NCBI GenBank assembly: GCA_028707005.1 | Contig: JAQTVB010000001.1 | Span: 755 to 64,754, forward strand | Source: Patescibacteria group bacterium | GTDB taxonomy: Bacteria; Patescibacteriota; Patescibacteriia; Patescibacteriales; GWC2-42-12 | Reading direction: 5' to 3' | DNA length: 64,000 nucleotides | Shown: positions 18,960-25,819 of the stretch, one piece after another | How positions within the stretch are numbered: position 1 is the first letter of the stretch | How the letters are laid out: each line of letters opens with the position of its first letter | Notes under the pieces: model-generated | What the model saw: the letters and a program-made list of their open reading frames with translations, nothing else | The model's database searches: none | Told to the model about the DNA's origin: nothing | Program-made: the position numbers and the translations under genes

Positions 18960-19793
18960 TTATATAGCTAACAAAATTATGCCGCCAATCAGCAATATCA
19001 AACAAACCGCCTTAACTAACAAATGCTTTTCATGAAAATAAACCTTGCCGGACGCAACCGACCAAAACACGGCCGAAGACCGAAAAGCCGATAAAATCAC
19101 CGAGGCTGGCGCTAAAACGTAAGCATAGCTGTTTAAAAAAGACGGGATGGCATTAAGCAGAGACTGGAAACAAAAAATTTTCTGCCGAAAAAAAATGAAT
19201 GGATTTTCTTTGGCTTTTAAAAAGGCCATTAGCAATAAAAAAATCAACAAGGCTAAATAGATGATGGTTTGTTCAGCGGCGACCGAATTATAATAAGTAA
19301 TATCGTATTTATACAAGGAAATGGTCGCTACCGCCAAAACGGCCGTGGCTAAAGACAGCCAGGCGCCTTGTTTCTTCACGCCCTGATAAGAAAAAAGCAA
19401 AATTAAAGAAAGGATGATCACGCCGATGCCGGCCATTTGATAATTATTTATTTGATAGTTAAGAAAAAAATCAACCAGCAGCAATAAAGGCATGGTTAAA
19501 ATCCTGATAAAACCATAGGTGCTGCGTTCGGCTTGAGCGATGGCGGTTAAAGAAATATAGGTTAAAATAACCTCCAAAATCGCCCTGATGCTGATCGTGG
19601 GCAAAGAAGCCAGGGAAAAAATAAATTCACGCCGAAAAATATTAACGGCGATAAAAATTAAAGTTACCGTAAAACTATTGACAACCGCCAAACTGTAAAG
19701 GCTTATTTGCTTTTGTTTTAATTCAACCTTAACAAGGGAATTGGAAATTTCATCAAAAAATGTACTGAAAAAAACTATCAAGACTCCAAACAT
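18960..19793 (-). CDS. EamA/DMT-like membrane protein
   Basis: About 10 TM segments in two repeats; G..YFHEK end motif. Confidence 0.7.
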   Translation of the reverse strand: MFGVLIVFFSTFFDEISNSLVKVELKQKQISLYSLAVVNSFTVTLIFIAVNIFRREFIFSLASLPTISIRAILEVILTYISLTAIAQAERSTYGFIRILTMPLLLLVDFFLNYQINNYQMAGIGVIILSLILLFSYQGVKKQGAWLSLATAVLAVATISLYKYDITYYNSVAAEQTIIYLALLIFLLLMAFLKAKENPFIFFRQKIFCFQSLLNAIPSFLNSYAYVLAPASVILSAFRSSAVFWSVASGKVYFHEKHLLVKAVCLILLIGGIILLAI

Positions 19794-19797
19794 ATTT

Positions 19798-20082
19798 TTA
19801 ATTTTTTGTAGTAACGGAAAAACTTCGTCCGTCCTCGGCTAATTTTAACTTGGCAAACCGGCCGGCCGCACCGCGCCACTCGTTCGCGAAGCCCCAGCCG
19901 TTCCAGCGCCACAGCGCGAGATACTCGCCCCGGCAAATGTATTTATCATCATACTCCCCTTCTATAACGATCAATTCCGGCTTCTTATCCCCGTCAAAAT
20001 CGCTGAACAAAAATTCGCAGTTCGGTTTTTCTAAATTTGACGACTGCCAGAGCGGTCTTACGGTATCGGCGGCGAAGCGCAT
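19798..20082 (-). pseudogene. Probable 5'-truncated fragment with FG-GAP-like Ca-binding loop
   Basis: DFDGDKKPELIVIEG and WRWNGWGF; no signal peptide; abuts the upstream stop. Confidence 0.45.
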
Positions 20083-20103
20083 GTTGATTAATAATTTAAC
20101 AGG

Positions 20104-21147
20104 CTAGCCCCTGGTTTCTTTATTATTCACAAAAGAAGCGTAGATATCCAACAAGGCGAACAACAGGCTTAAGATGATTGGGCCCAAGAGGAAGCCAATC
20201 GGACCGAACAAAACGATGCCGCCAAGAACTGACAAAAGAATCAGCAAAGGATGGAGTTCCATGCCGCGGCCAATAAGCTTGGGCCCGAGCAAATTATCAA
20301 TCAGCCCGACCGCCAGCATGCCCCAAAGCGCCAGTCCGCAGGCGGAAAAATAGCGGCCGCCCACAAAAAGAAAAATTATCGTTGGAATAAAGACCAGTGA
20401 AGTGCCAAACGTCGGAATAAGCGCGGCCACGGCCGCGGCCGTGCCCCAAAGCACGGCGTTGGGCACGCCGAAAATGGTAAAGCCGATCGCGGTTAACGTG
20501 CCCTGAATAATGGCAATCAAAAGATTGCCCCTGACGACCGAGCTCATGGCCAGCTCCAGCCTCTTGATGATGGTTTCATCGTCTTTATCGTTAAGCGGAC
20601 TTAAAGCGATGATTTTTTTTCTAAGCTTTGGCCCGTCTTTCAAAAGGTAATAAAGCGAAATTAAAAATAAAAAAGCCGTGGCGACGATATTGGCGAAGTT
20701 GGAAAAAACCACGCCTAAATTGGCCAAAAACCAGCTTAAGCCTTGTTGAAAATATTGGCCGAAATTAAGGGAAAATTCCGGCAAATCCGGAAAACGTTCG
20801 CGGAAATCGTTCATCAAAACATTTAAAGCGTTAAAAATACTGTCCGTGCCGCCGCCCGCGGCCAGATATAAATATAGATCCCTGGCTTCTTTTAAAATCT
20901 GCGCCCCGACAAACAGCAAAGGCGTGAAGATTAGAACTAAAATTGTAGCTACTGTCGCCAACGCCGCCGCGGCTTCATGATGGAAAAAATACTTCAGCAT
21001 CTTGCGGTAAAGCGGCTGGAACAAAACGGCGAAAACCACGGCCAAGGTAAAAGCGAACAGAAACGGCTTTAAAATTAAAAACGACAAAACCAACGTAGTG
21101 GCCAAAAGAATCAATAAAAAATAAAATTGCGGCTTTTGGTTGTTCAT
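20104..21147 (-). CDS. AI-2E family transporter
   Basis: IDNLLGPKLIG, LHPLLILLSVLGG...FGPIGFLLGP. Confidence 0.92.
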   Translation of the reverse strand: MNNQKPQFYFLLILLATTLVLSFLILKPFLFAFTLAVVFAVLFQPLYRKMLKYFFHHEAAAALATVATILVLIFTPLLFVGAQILKEARDLYLYLAAGGGTDSIFNALNVLMNDFRERFPDLPEFSLNFGQYFQQGLSWFLANLGVVFSNFANIVATAFLFLISLYYLLKDGPKLRKKIIALSPLNDKDDETIIKRLELAMSSVVRGNLLIAIIQGTLTAIGFTIFGVPNAVLWGTAAAVAALIPTFGTSLVFIPTIIFLFVGGRYFSACGLALWGMLAVGLIDNLLGPKLIGRGMELHPLLILLSVLGGIVLFGPIGFLLGPIILSLLFALLDIYASFVNNKETRG

Positions 21148-21175
21148 ATAATTTATTAAATTTTAAAAATATTAC

Positions 21176-21249
21176 TGGTCGGGGTGCGCGGAATCGGACC
21201 GCGGCTACAAGCACCCCATGCTCGCGTACTGCCACTATACGACACCCCG
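21176..21249 (-). tRNA. tRNA-Pro(GGG)
   Basis: CGGGGTG/CACCCCG acceptor, A73, CCA; anticodon arm CGAGC-AT GGG GT-GCTTG; T-loop TCCGATT. Confidence 0.93.
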
Positions 21250-21387
21250 AAAAAAGCAAAAATTTAACAGGACAATGCGGGAGTTACCGTTATATTGCCC
21301 CCCGTCGCATTACCGGGGCTACAGCCCGCTAATCTTATTTTATCATTATAGCATAATCATAAGCCAAATTTACAAATTTTTGCAAAT

Positions 21388-21425
21388 AAAAAAAGACCCG
21401 GCGTTGCTTTGCGCATCCGCCGGGT
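21388..21425 (-). terminator. Terminator closing attenuated operon A
   Basis: ACCCGGCG...CGCCGGGT-C-T run. Confidence 0.75.
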
Positions 21426-21538
21426 GTGTAGCTCGCTTGAGCTGAAGTAAATCAGTCATTTAGCAGAACACTTAATTGAATTGAGCGTCCTGGCCAAAAA
21501 CTGAAAAACCATAGAAAGTAAATTACGCTTTGTTGTTT

Positions 21539-21838
21539 TTACCCGCACGGAGCGGGTGGTAGCGTGGCCATTGGCGCCTGCTCGTTCGACGCAGGCAGAC
21601 GCAGATTGGAGCGATGAATCCGAAATGGTAGAGGAGAGCCTGCTACCATGAAGTCCACTTCAGAATCGTTCGAAGCGGGATTCCCGGTTATTCTCACCGC
21701 GCTTCCTGCTTCTATGCGCAGCGTCCTTCCGGCCGGCTGCCCTCCCGCCGGCGACATTTCCAGCGCGAAGTTGGCCGGCTGCACAAAGATCGCTCGATCC
21801 CCCTTGCGAAACACTGCTACTGACTGTATTTGTTGCAT
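21539..21838 (-). CDS. Small hypothetical protein, possibly SH3-like beta-barrel (operon A gene 2)
   Basis: FRKGDRAIF...LRIEAGSAVRITG...FRIHRSNL; starts 12 nt after gene 1. Confidence 0.7.
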   Translation of the reverse strand: MQQIQSVAVFRKGDRAIFVQPANFALEMSPAGGQPAGRTLRIEAGSAVRITGNPASNDSEVDFMVAGSPLPFRIHRSNLRLPASNEQAPMATLPPAPCG

Positions 21839-21850
21839 AGTTATACTCTT

Positions 21851-22138
21851 TCAGATCGTTGCCTGCGAACCGTAATTCGGGATGTGTAAATCTCCGACCC
21901 AGACTAAGGCCGGCGATTTGGTCTTAGGATCCTTGAGGCTAATACGGGCCAGTTCAATTCGGCCGTGGCCGTTTCTAACCTTTAGCCTCCCCCTGACACT
22001 AAATTTTACGCTAGGATCAATGCGAAACCCCGAGTACCGGCATCTTCTCTTTGATCTTCTCCGGCACAGCCTGTAACAGTGAGCTATCCAATTAGTATGC
22101 ATCCGCCTGCCAATGAGCTGTTGTTTGTTTTTTTTCAT
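21851..22138 (-). CDS. Small basic hypothetical protein (operon A gene 1)
   Basis: 95-aa Arg-rich ORF starting just after the leader hairpin. Confidence 0.65.
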   Translation of the reverse strand: MKKNKQQLIGRRMHTNWIAHCYRLCRRRSKRRCRYSGFRIDPSVKFSVRGRLKVRNGHGRIELARISLKDPKTKSPALVWVGDLHIPNYGSQATI

Positions 22139-22230
22139 AGTTTTTGTTATTACCGCGAATATTGGCGCTCCAAAAGTTCACCCTCTGAATAGCCAATTGC
22201 GCGATAATAACGAATTTTCAAAGAACATAT

Positions 22231-22264
22231 AAAAACTGGCTCCCCGTTAAGAGAGCCAGTTTTT
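22231..22264 (-). terminator. Attenuator terminator A (3:4 helix)
   Basis: AAAAACTGGCTCTC-TTAACG-GGGAGCCAGTTTTT; 5' arm complementary to leader segment GAGAGCAGTTTTT. Confidence 0.85.
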
Positions 22265-22290
22265 GTTTTCCCTAGTGAGTTTTAACTTAA

Positions 22291-22383
22291 TCAATTCGTT
22301 AAAACACCACAAAAAACTGCTCTCCCTAGCGAGAACCAATAAAAGTAAAATGAAAAAACAGTTTTTTGTATGGTCTTAAGCAT
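22291..22383 (-). CDS. Aromatic-rich attenuator leader peptide (30 aa)
   Basis: MLKTIQKTVFSFYFYWFSLGRAVFCGVLTN*; 7 F/Y/W codons within codons 10-17. Confidence 0.8.
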   Translation of the reverse strand: MLKTIQKTVFSFYFYWFSLGRAVFCGVLTN

Positions 22384-22476
22384 AATTATTAAATTTTTAT
22401 CAACCCGACTTTGGCGCGAGCACCTAAACTCTCATTCGGATGATCGCAATTTGTAGAATGCGAGTCTAATCATACC

Positions 22477-22512
22477 TGTGGATAATTATAGCAAATTGTA
22501 CATAAAAAGCAA
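22477..22512 (-). promoter_or_regulatory. Promoter of operon A with overlapping DnaA box
   Basis: TTGCTT-16-(TGc)TATAAT (-10 at 22485-22490); TTATCCACA at 22477-22485. Confidence 0.65.
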
Positions 22513-22620
22513 GTTATTCTGTAAATTATATATTCGCATGTGCCCCTATTTGCCTGCCTGCCGGCAGGCGGGTAGTGGGGCTCCGCCGCAGGCGGACAAC
22601 CAAAATATGGCTAATTTTAG

Positions 22621-22657
22621 AAAAAAAGAGGGGTGACCGACATCTGCCGATCACCCC
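22621..22657 (-). terminator. Terminator closing attenuated operon B
   Basis: GGGGTGATCG...CGGTCACCCC-TCTTTTTTT. Confidence 0.85.
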
Positions 22658-22675
22658 GTGTTCATCCCCCCGTGT

Positions 22676-22981
22676 TCAGCCCCGTTTCCCTTCCTGGGCT
22701 TTTTTCTGTCTTCGCTCAATCTGGCGCCCGTAGGATTCTTGAATCATGCTCCAGGCTTGTTCCCTGGAAATTCTCGGACCACGAGGAATGGCCGCCTTCC
22801 TTAATCCCGGATAGAACCCGGCCAGCACTGCATGCAGGCTGTCGCGCGCCGCCGCTACCCAGCTAGAGGCGCAATTAACTCCTACCCACCAAGTCTTGTT
22901 GTCGACAGAAACTCGGATATTGGCTGCCCCCTGCTCATGACCGACCACGCACTCCAACACTTGAAAACTGTTGTTTTTCAT
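22676..22981 (-). CDS. Stand-alone LeuA/CimA allosteric-domain-like protein (operon B gene 2)
   Basis: FQVLECVV...ANIRVSVD...AARDSLHAVLAGFYPGL resembles CimA F.LE.YRV..ATVK..V...ALD.ALRKAL..FYP.L; GGAAGGAG SD. Confidence 0.6.
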   Translation of the reverse strand: MKNNSFQVLECVVGHEQGAANIRVSVDNKTWWVGVNCASSWVAAARDSLHAVLAGFYPGLRKAAIPRGPRISREQAWSMIQESYGRQIERRQKKAQEGKRG

Positions 22982-23009
22982 CTTGCTTCTCCTTCCTGTA
23001 ATGGCCCGG

Positions 23010-23345
23010 CTAATCCCCTTGGCCGCACTTATGCCCCGGTATCTGATCAGTAAAATCGCACTCCAGCCTGGCGTAGATTCTCTCCACGTCCCACTCTGCG
23101 GTATTAACTGACACCGGCCGCAACTGACAAATGAAAAGTTCGCTCAAAGCGAAAGCCATGGCATGGCTCACAGCCTCGGCCGGCGATTTTCCTATGAAAC
23201 AACTCGTAACACTACGGCCATCCCTGGACTTCATCGTTACTTCGGCCTTGATGGTGCACCTGGAACCGACACGCCCAATGGTAACCAAGTATCTTTCCAT
23301 AGTGAACAGCTTGCTCACACTAACGTCTTGTAAAGTTTGTTGCAT
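23010..23345 (-). CDS. Stand-alone LeuA/CimA allosteric-domain-like protein (operon B gene 1)
   Basis: FTMERYLV...AEVTMK...GKSPAEAVSHAMAFAL resembles F.LE.YRV..ATVKLK...G.GPV.ALD.AL.KAL. Confidence 0.62.
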   Translation of the reverse strand: MQQTLQDVSVSKLFTMERYLVTIGRVGSRCTIKAEVTMKSRDGRSVTSCFIGKSPAEAVSHAMAFALSELFICQLRPVSVNTAEWDVERIYARLECDFTDQIPGHKCGQGD

Positions 23346-23504
23346 TTGTTTTTCTCTTTCCTTTTTGTTTTCTTGATTGTTTTTTTGTTTTCTTGATTTT
23401 TTGATTTTTTGTTCTCTTGTTTATTTAATTACCGAAAACCGCCAACCAGCCAGATTCGCTCATAAGCCGTTTACGATAATTAAGCCGGTTGTTGAAAGAG
23501 CGAT

Positions 23505-23533
23505 AAAAAACCGCCCCGATAGCTTGGGGCGGC
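23505..23533 (-). terminator. Attenuator terminator B (3:4 helix)
   Basis: GCCGCCCC-AAGCTATC-GGGGCGGT-TTTTT; 5' arm complementary to GGGGCGG at the leader end. Confidence 0.88.
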
Positions 23534-23561
23534 TTTGTATGTAAATTATTTTTTCACGATT

Positions 23562-23654
23562 TTACACCGCCCCATAATCAATAGCAATAAGGCCCTTAAC
23601 CTTAATAATAATGGCGATAATCATGCTAATGATTTGTCCGGCGGTCTTAAACAT
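23562..23654 (-). CDS. Ile-rich attenuator leader peptide (30 aa), leaderless
   Basis: MFKTAGQIISMIIAIIIKVKGLIAIDYGAV*; 9 Ile, 7 of them in codons 8-17. Confidence 0.82.
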   Translation of the reverse strand: MFKTAGQIISMIIAIIIKVKGLIAIDYGAV

Positions 23655-23661
23655 ATTATGA

Positions 23662-23690
23662 ATCTTAGCGAACAATAATTTATTTGTCAA
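23662..23690 (-). promoter_or_regulatory. Promoter of operon B
   Basis: TTGACA-17-TAAGAT; leader ATG 7 nt downstream. Confidence 0.8.
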
Positions 23691-23703
23691 ATAATAATTC
23701 GTA

Positions 23704-24315
23704 TTATTCCTTCAGGCCGTCTAGATTGACGTCATATAAAATCTGCTCGGCAATCAAACGATAATTATGCAATTCTTCTTTTTTAAACCAAATTTTTATT
23801 TCCTTCTCCGCTTCTTCGGCCGAGCCGGAAGCATGAATCAAATTTCTCACGCTGCGCTGATCCAAGTCGGCCATGGCGTAGGAGTCTAAGGTCAAATCTC
23901 CTCTGATCGTGCCGACATCCGAGGTCAACGGTTCGGTTGAGCCGGTAATTTTTCTGACAATCGCCACCGCGCCATTGCCCTGCCAAACCATAATGATCAC
24001 CGGGCCGGAGCTTAAATATTTGGCATTGCTCATCATCACCGCTTTGCCGTTGTCCATATTAGTCTTATAGGGAGAAGTCAAGCCTTTTTTTTCATAAGCC
24101 GCCCGCGCCTTGCGTCCGACTTCTTCCAGCCAGGCGTCGCCGCCCACTTCATAATAATGCTTAATCGCCATTTTCTCCGTCGGGATAGCCATTTTCAGGC
24201 CGGTAAGTTTTAAACCGGTCCGCTCATAACGATGAATTAATTCGCCGATCAGCGATCTTTGGACGCCGTCCGGCTTAACAATAACCAAGGTTCTTTCTTG
24301 TTTGGGATGATTCAT
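23704..24315 (-). CDS. ndk: Nucleoside diphosphate kinase
   Basis: ERTLVIVKPDGVQR, GTIRGD, RNLIHASGS. Confidence 0.96.
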   Translation of the reverse strand: MNHPKQERTLVIVKPDGVQRSLIGELIHRYERTGLKLTGLKMAIPTEKMAIKHYYEVGGDAWLEEVGRKARAAYEKKGLTSPYKTNMDNGKAVMMSNAKYLSSGPVIIMVWQGNGAVAIVRKITGSTEPLTSDVGTIRGDLTLDSYAMADLDQRSVRNLIHASGSAEEAEKEIKIWFKKEELHNYRLIAEQILYDVNLDGLKE

Positions 24316-24424
24316 ATAATTTATTCAAACGAATTACGCGGATACAAAGTTGCCGAGAAAAAATCGAAGCTTCACTGATTCTGGCATTCGTAAATTCGTA
24401 CCCGATTCGTAATTCGTATTATTA

Positions 24425-24796
24425 TTATTTCAAAATATTTTTAACCTTCTCGCTTACTTCGGCCGGCGTCAAGCTGGCCTTAACCAAATAATCGGCCGCG
24501 CCCATTTTTTTCCCTTTGATTTTATCGTCTTCGGTGCCCAAATTAGTAAGCATGATTACCGGAATATGCTTGGTAGTCTGACCTTTTTTGATTTCCTCAA
24601 GCACGGAAAAACCGTCCAGCCCGGGTAAAATGACATCCAACATAATAATGTCCGGCTTTTCGCTCTTGGCCAAACTAAGCCCGACGGCTCCGTCCTGGGC
24701 GGTTAAAACTTTAAAACCATCAGCCGTAAATTTAGCTTGATAAATTGAACTGATCGTTGCATCATCCTCCACTAATAAAATCTTTTTGTTGTCCAT
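24425..24796 (-). CDS. Single-domain response regulator
   Basis: ILLVEDD, PDIIMLDVILP, IMLTN, ADYLVK. Confidence 0.93.
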   Translation of the reverse strand: MDNKKILLVEDDATISSIYQAKFTADGFKVLTAQDGAVGLSLAKSEKPDIIMLDVILPGLDGFSVLEEIKKGQTTKHIPVIMLTNLGTEDDKIKGKKMGAADYLVKASLTPAEVSEKVKNILK

Positions 24797-24893
24797 AGCC
24801 GTGAAAAAAATAATAATAAAATTACACCTTAGATGGTGATTTGCTTTCAATTATAACAGTTTTTTGATAAATTGCAACCGGCTTATCAAGCCT

Positions 24894-25751
24894 CTATTTT
24901 TTGATGATTTTCCGGCCATCGCTCGCCAGTCTGATTGTTCCCTCCAAATCAGTGCGATAAATTTTTGCGCCTTGCCGTTCGATTCTTTTTATTGTTCTTA
25001 AGCTGGGGTGGCCGAATTGATTGTCCCGGCCGACTGCAATCACGGCAATATCCGGCCGAACCAATTTAAGAAATGCTTCGCCGGTGGAATAGCTTGATCC
25101 ATGATGACCGACCTTTAAAACATCGGCTGGCAGATCAACGCCGGCGGCAATCAAGGCATCCTCAACTTCCGCTCCCGCGTCGCCGGTCAAGAGGATCTTC
25201 TTCTGGCCATAAATCAGTTTGCTGATTATGGAACTTTGATTTAAATCCTTGATGGCGCGATTCAACAGGCTGGAATTGGGATAAAGTATCTCCAGGCGGG
25301 TGTTCTCGCCCAAAGCTATAGTTTGCGCCCGATCAACTATCTCCAGCGGCACTTTTTTATCACGCACCAGCTTAAGCCAGCTTAAATAGTTGGGCGCGTT
25401 ATGCGTTACGCCGGTGTATAAAATCTTTTTCACCTGATATCTTTTTAAAACTTCTATCAGCCCGGTTACATGATCATCATGCGGATGCGTAAGAATCATT
25501 AGATCAATTTCCTTGTCCCACCAAGCCAAATTTTCCGAGAGCCGCCTTACCACGGTTTTATCCGGCCCGCCGTCTATTAAAACATTTTGTCCGGCCGGCG
25601 TTTTAATTAAAATCGCATCGCCCTGGCCCACGTCCAAAAAATCCGCTTCCAGCTTTTGCGGCTGGCTCCAGTAAAGCCAAAACAAAGGAATAGCGACCAA
25701 TATAGCCGCTATTCCCAGTATGAGAAAAATTTTACATAGTTTGGCAGACAC
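24894..25751 (-). CDS. ComEC C-terminal metallo-beta-lactamase-fold nuclease
   Basis: FLDVGQGDA, LIDGG, THPHDDH, LLTGDA, KVGHHGS; GTG start inferred because upstream codons are repeat DNA. Confidence 0.9.
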   Translation of the reverse strand: MSAKLCKIFLILGIAAILVAIPLFWLYWSQPQKLEADFLDVGQGDAILIKTPAGQNVLIDGGPDKTVVRRLSENLAWWDKEIDLMILTHPHDDHVTGLIEVLKRYQVKKILYTGVTHNAPNYLSWLKLVRDKKVPLEIVDRAQTIALGENTRLEILYPNSSLLNRAIKDLNQSSIISKLIYGQKKILLTGDAGAEVEDALIAAGVDLPADVLKVGHHGSSYSTGEAFLKLVRPDIAVIAVGRDNQFGHPSLRTIKRIERQGAKIYRTDLEGTIRLASDGRKIIKK

Positions 25752-25819
25752 AAAAAAATTTTCAATTTTAAATTTTTGAATTATTTTGAAAATTGATAAT
25801 TGATAATTGAAAATTATCC

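Noticed and set aside
21945-22000. VRGRLKVRNGHGRIE resembles the TRAP (MtrB) C-terminus VRGKAYIQTRHGVIE, tempting given the aromatic leader
   Set aside because: Only ~15 residues match; the Trp-binding GLTRG and HHSEKLD segments are not seen, so probably chance
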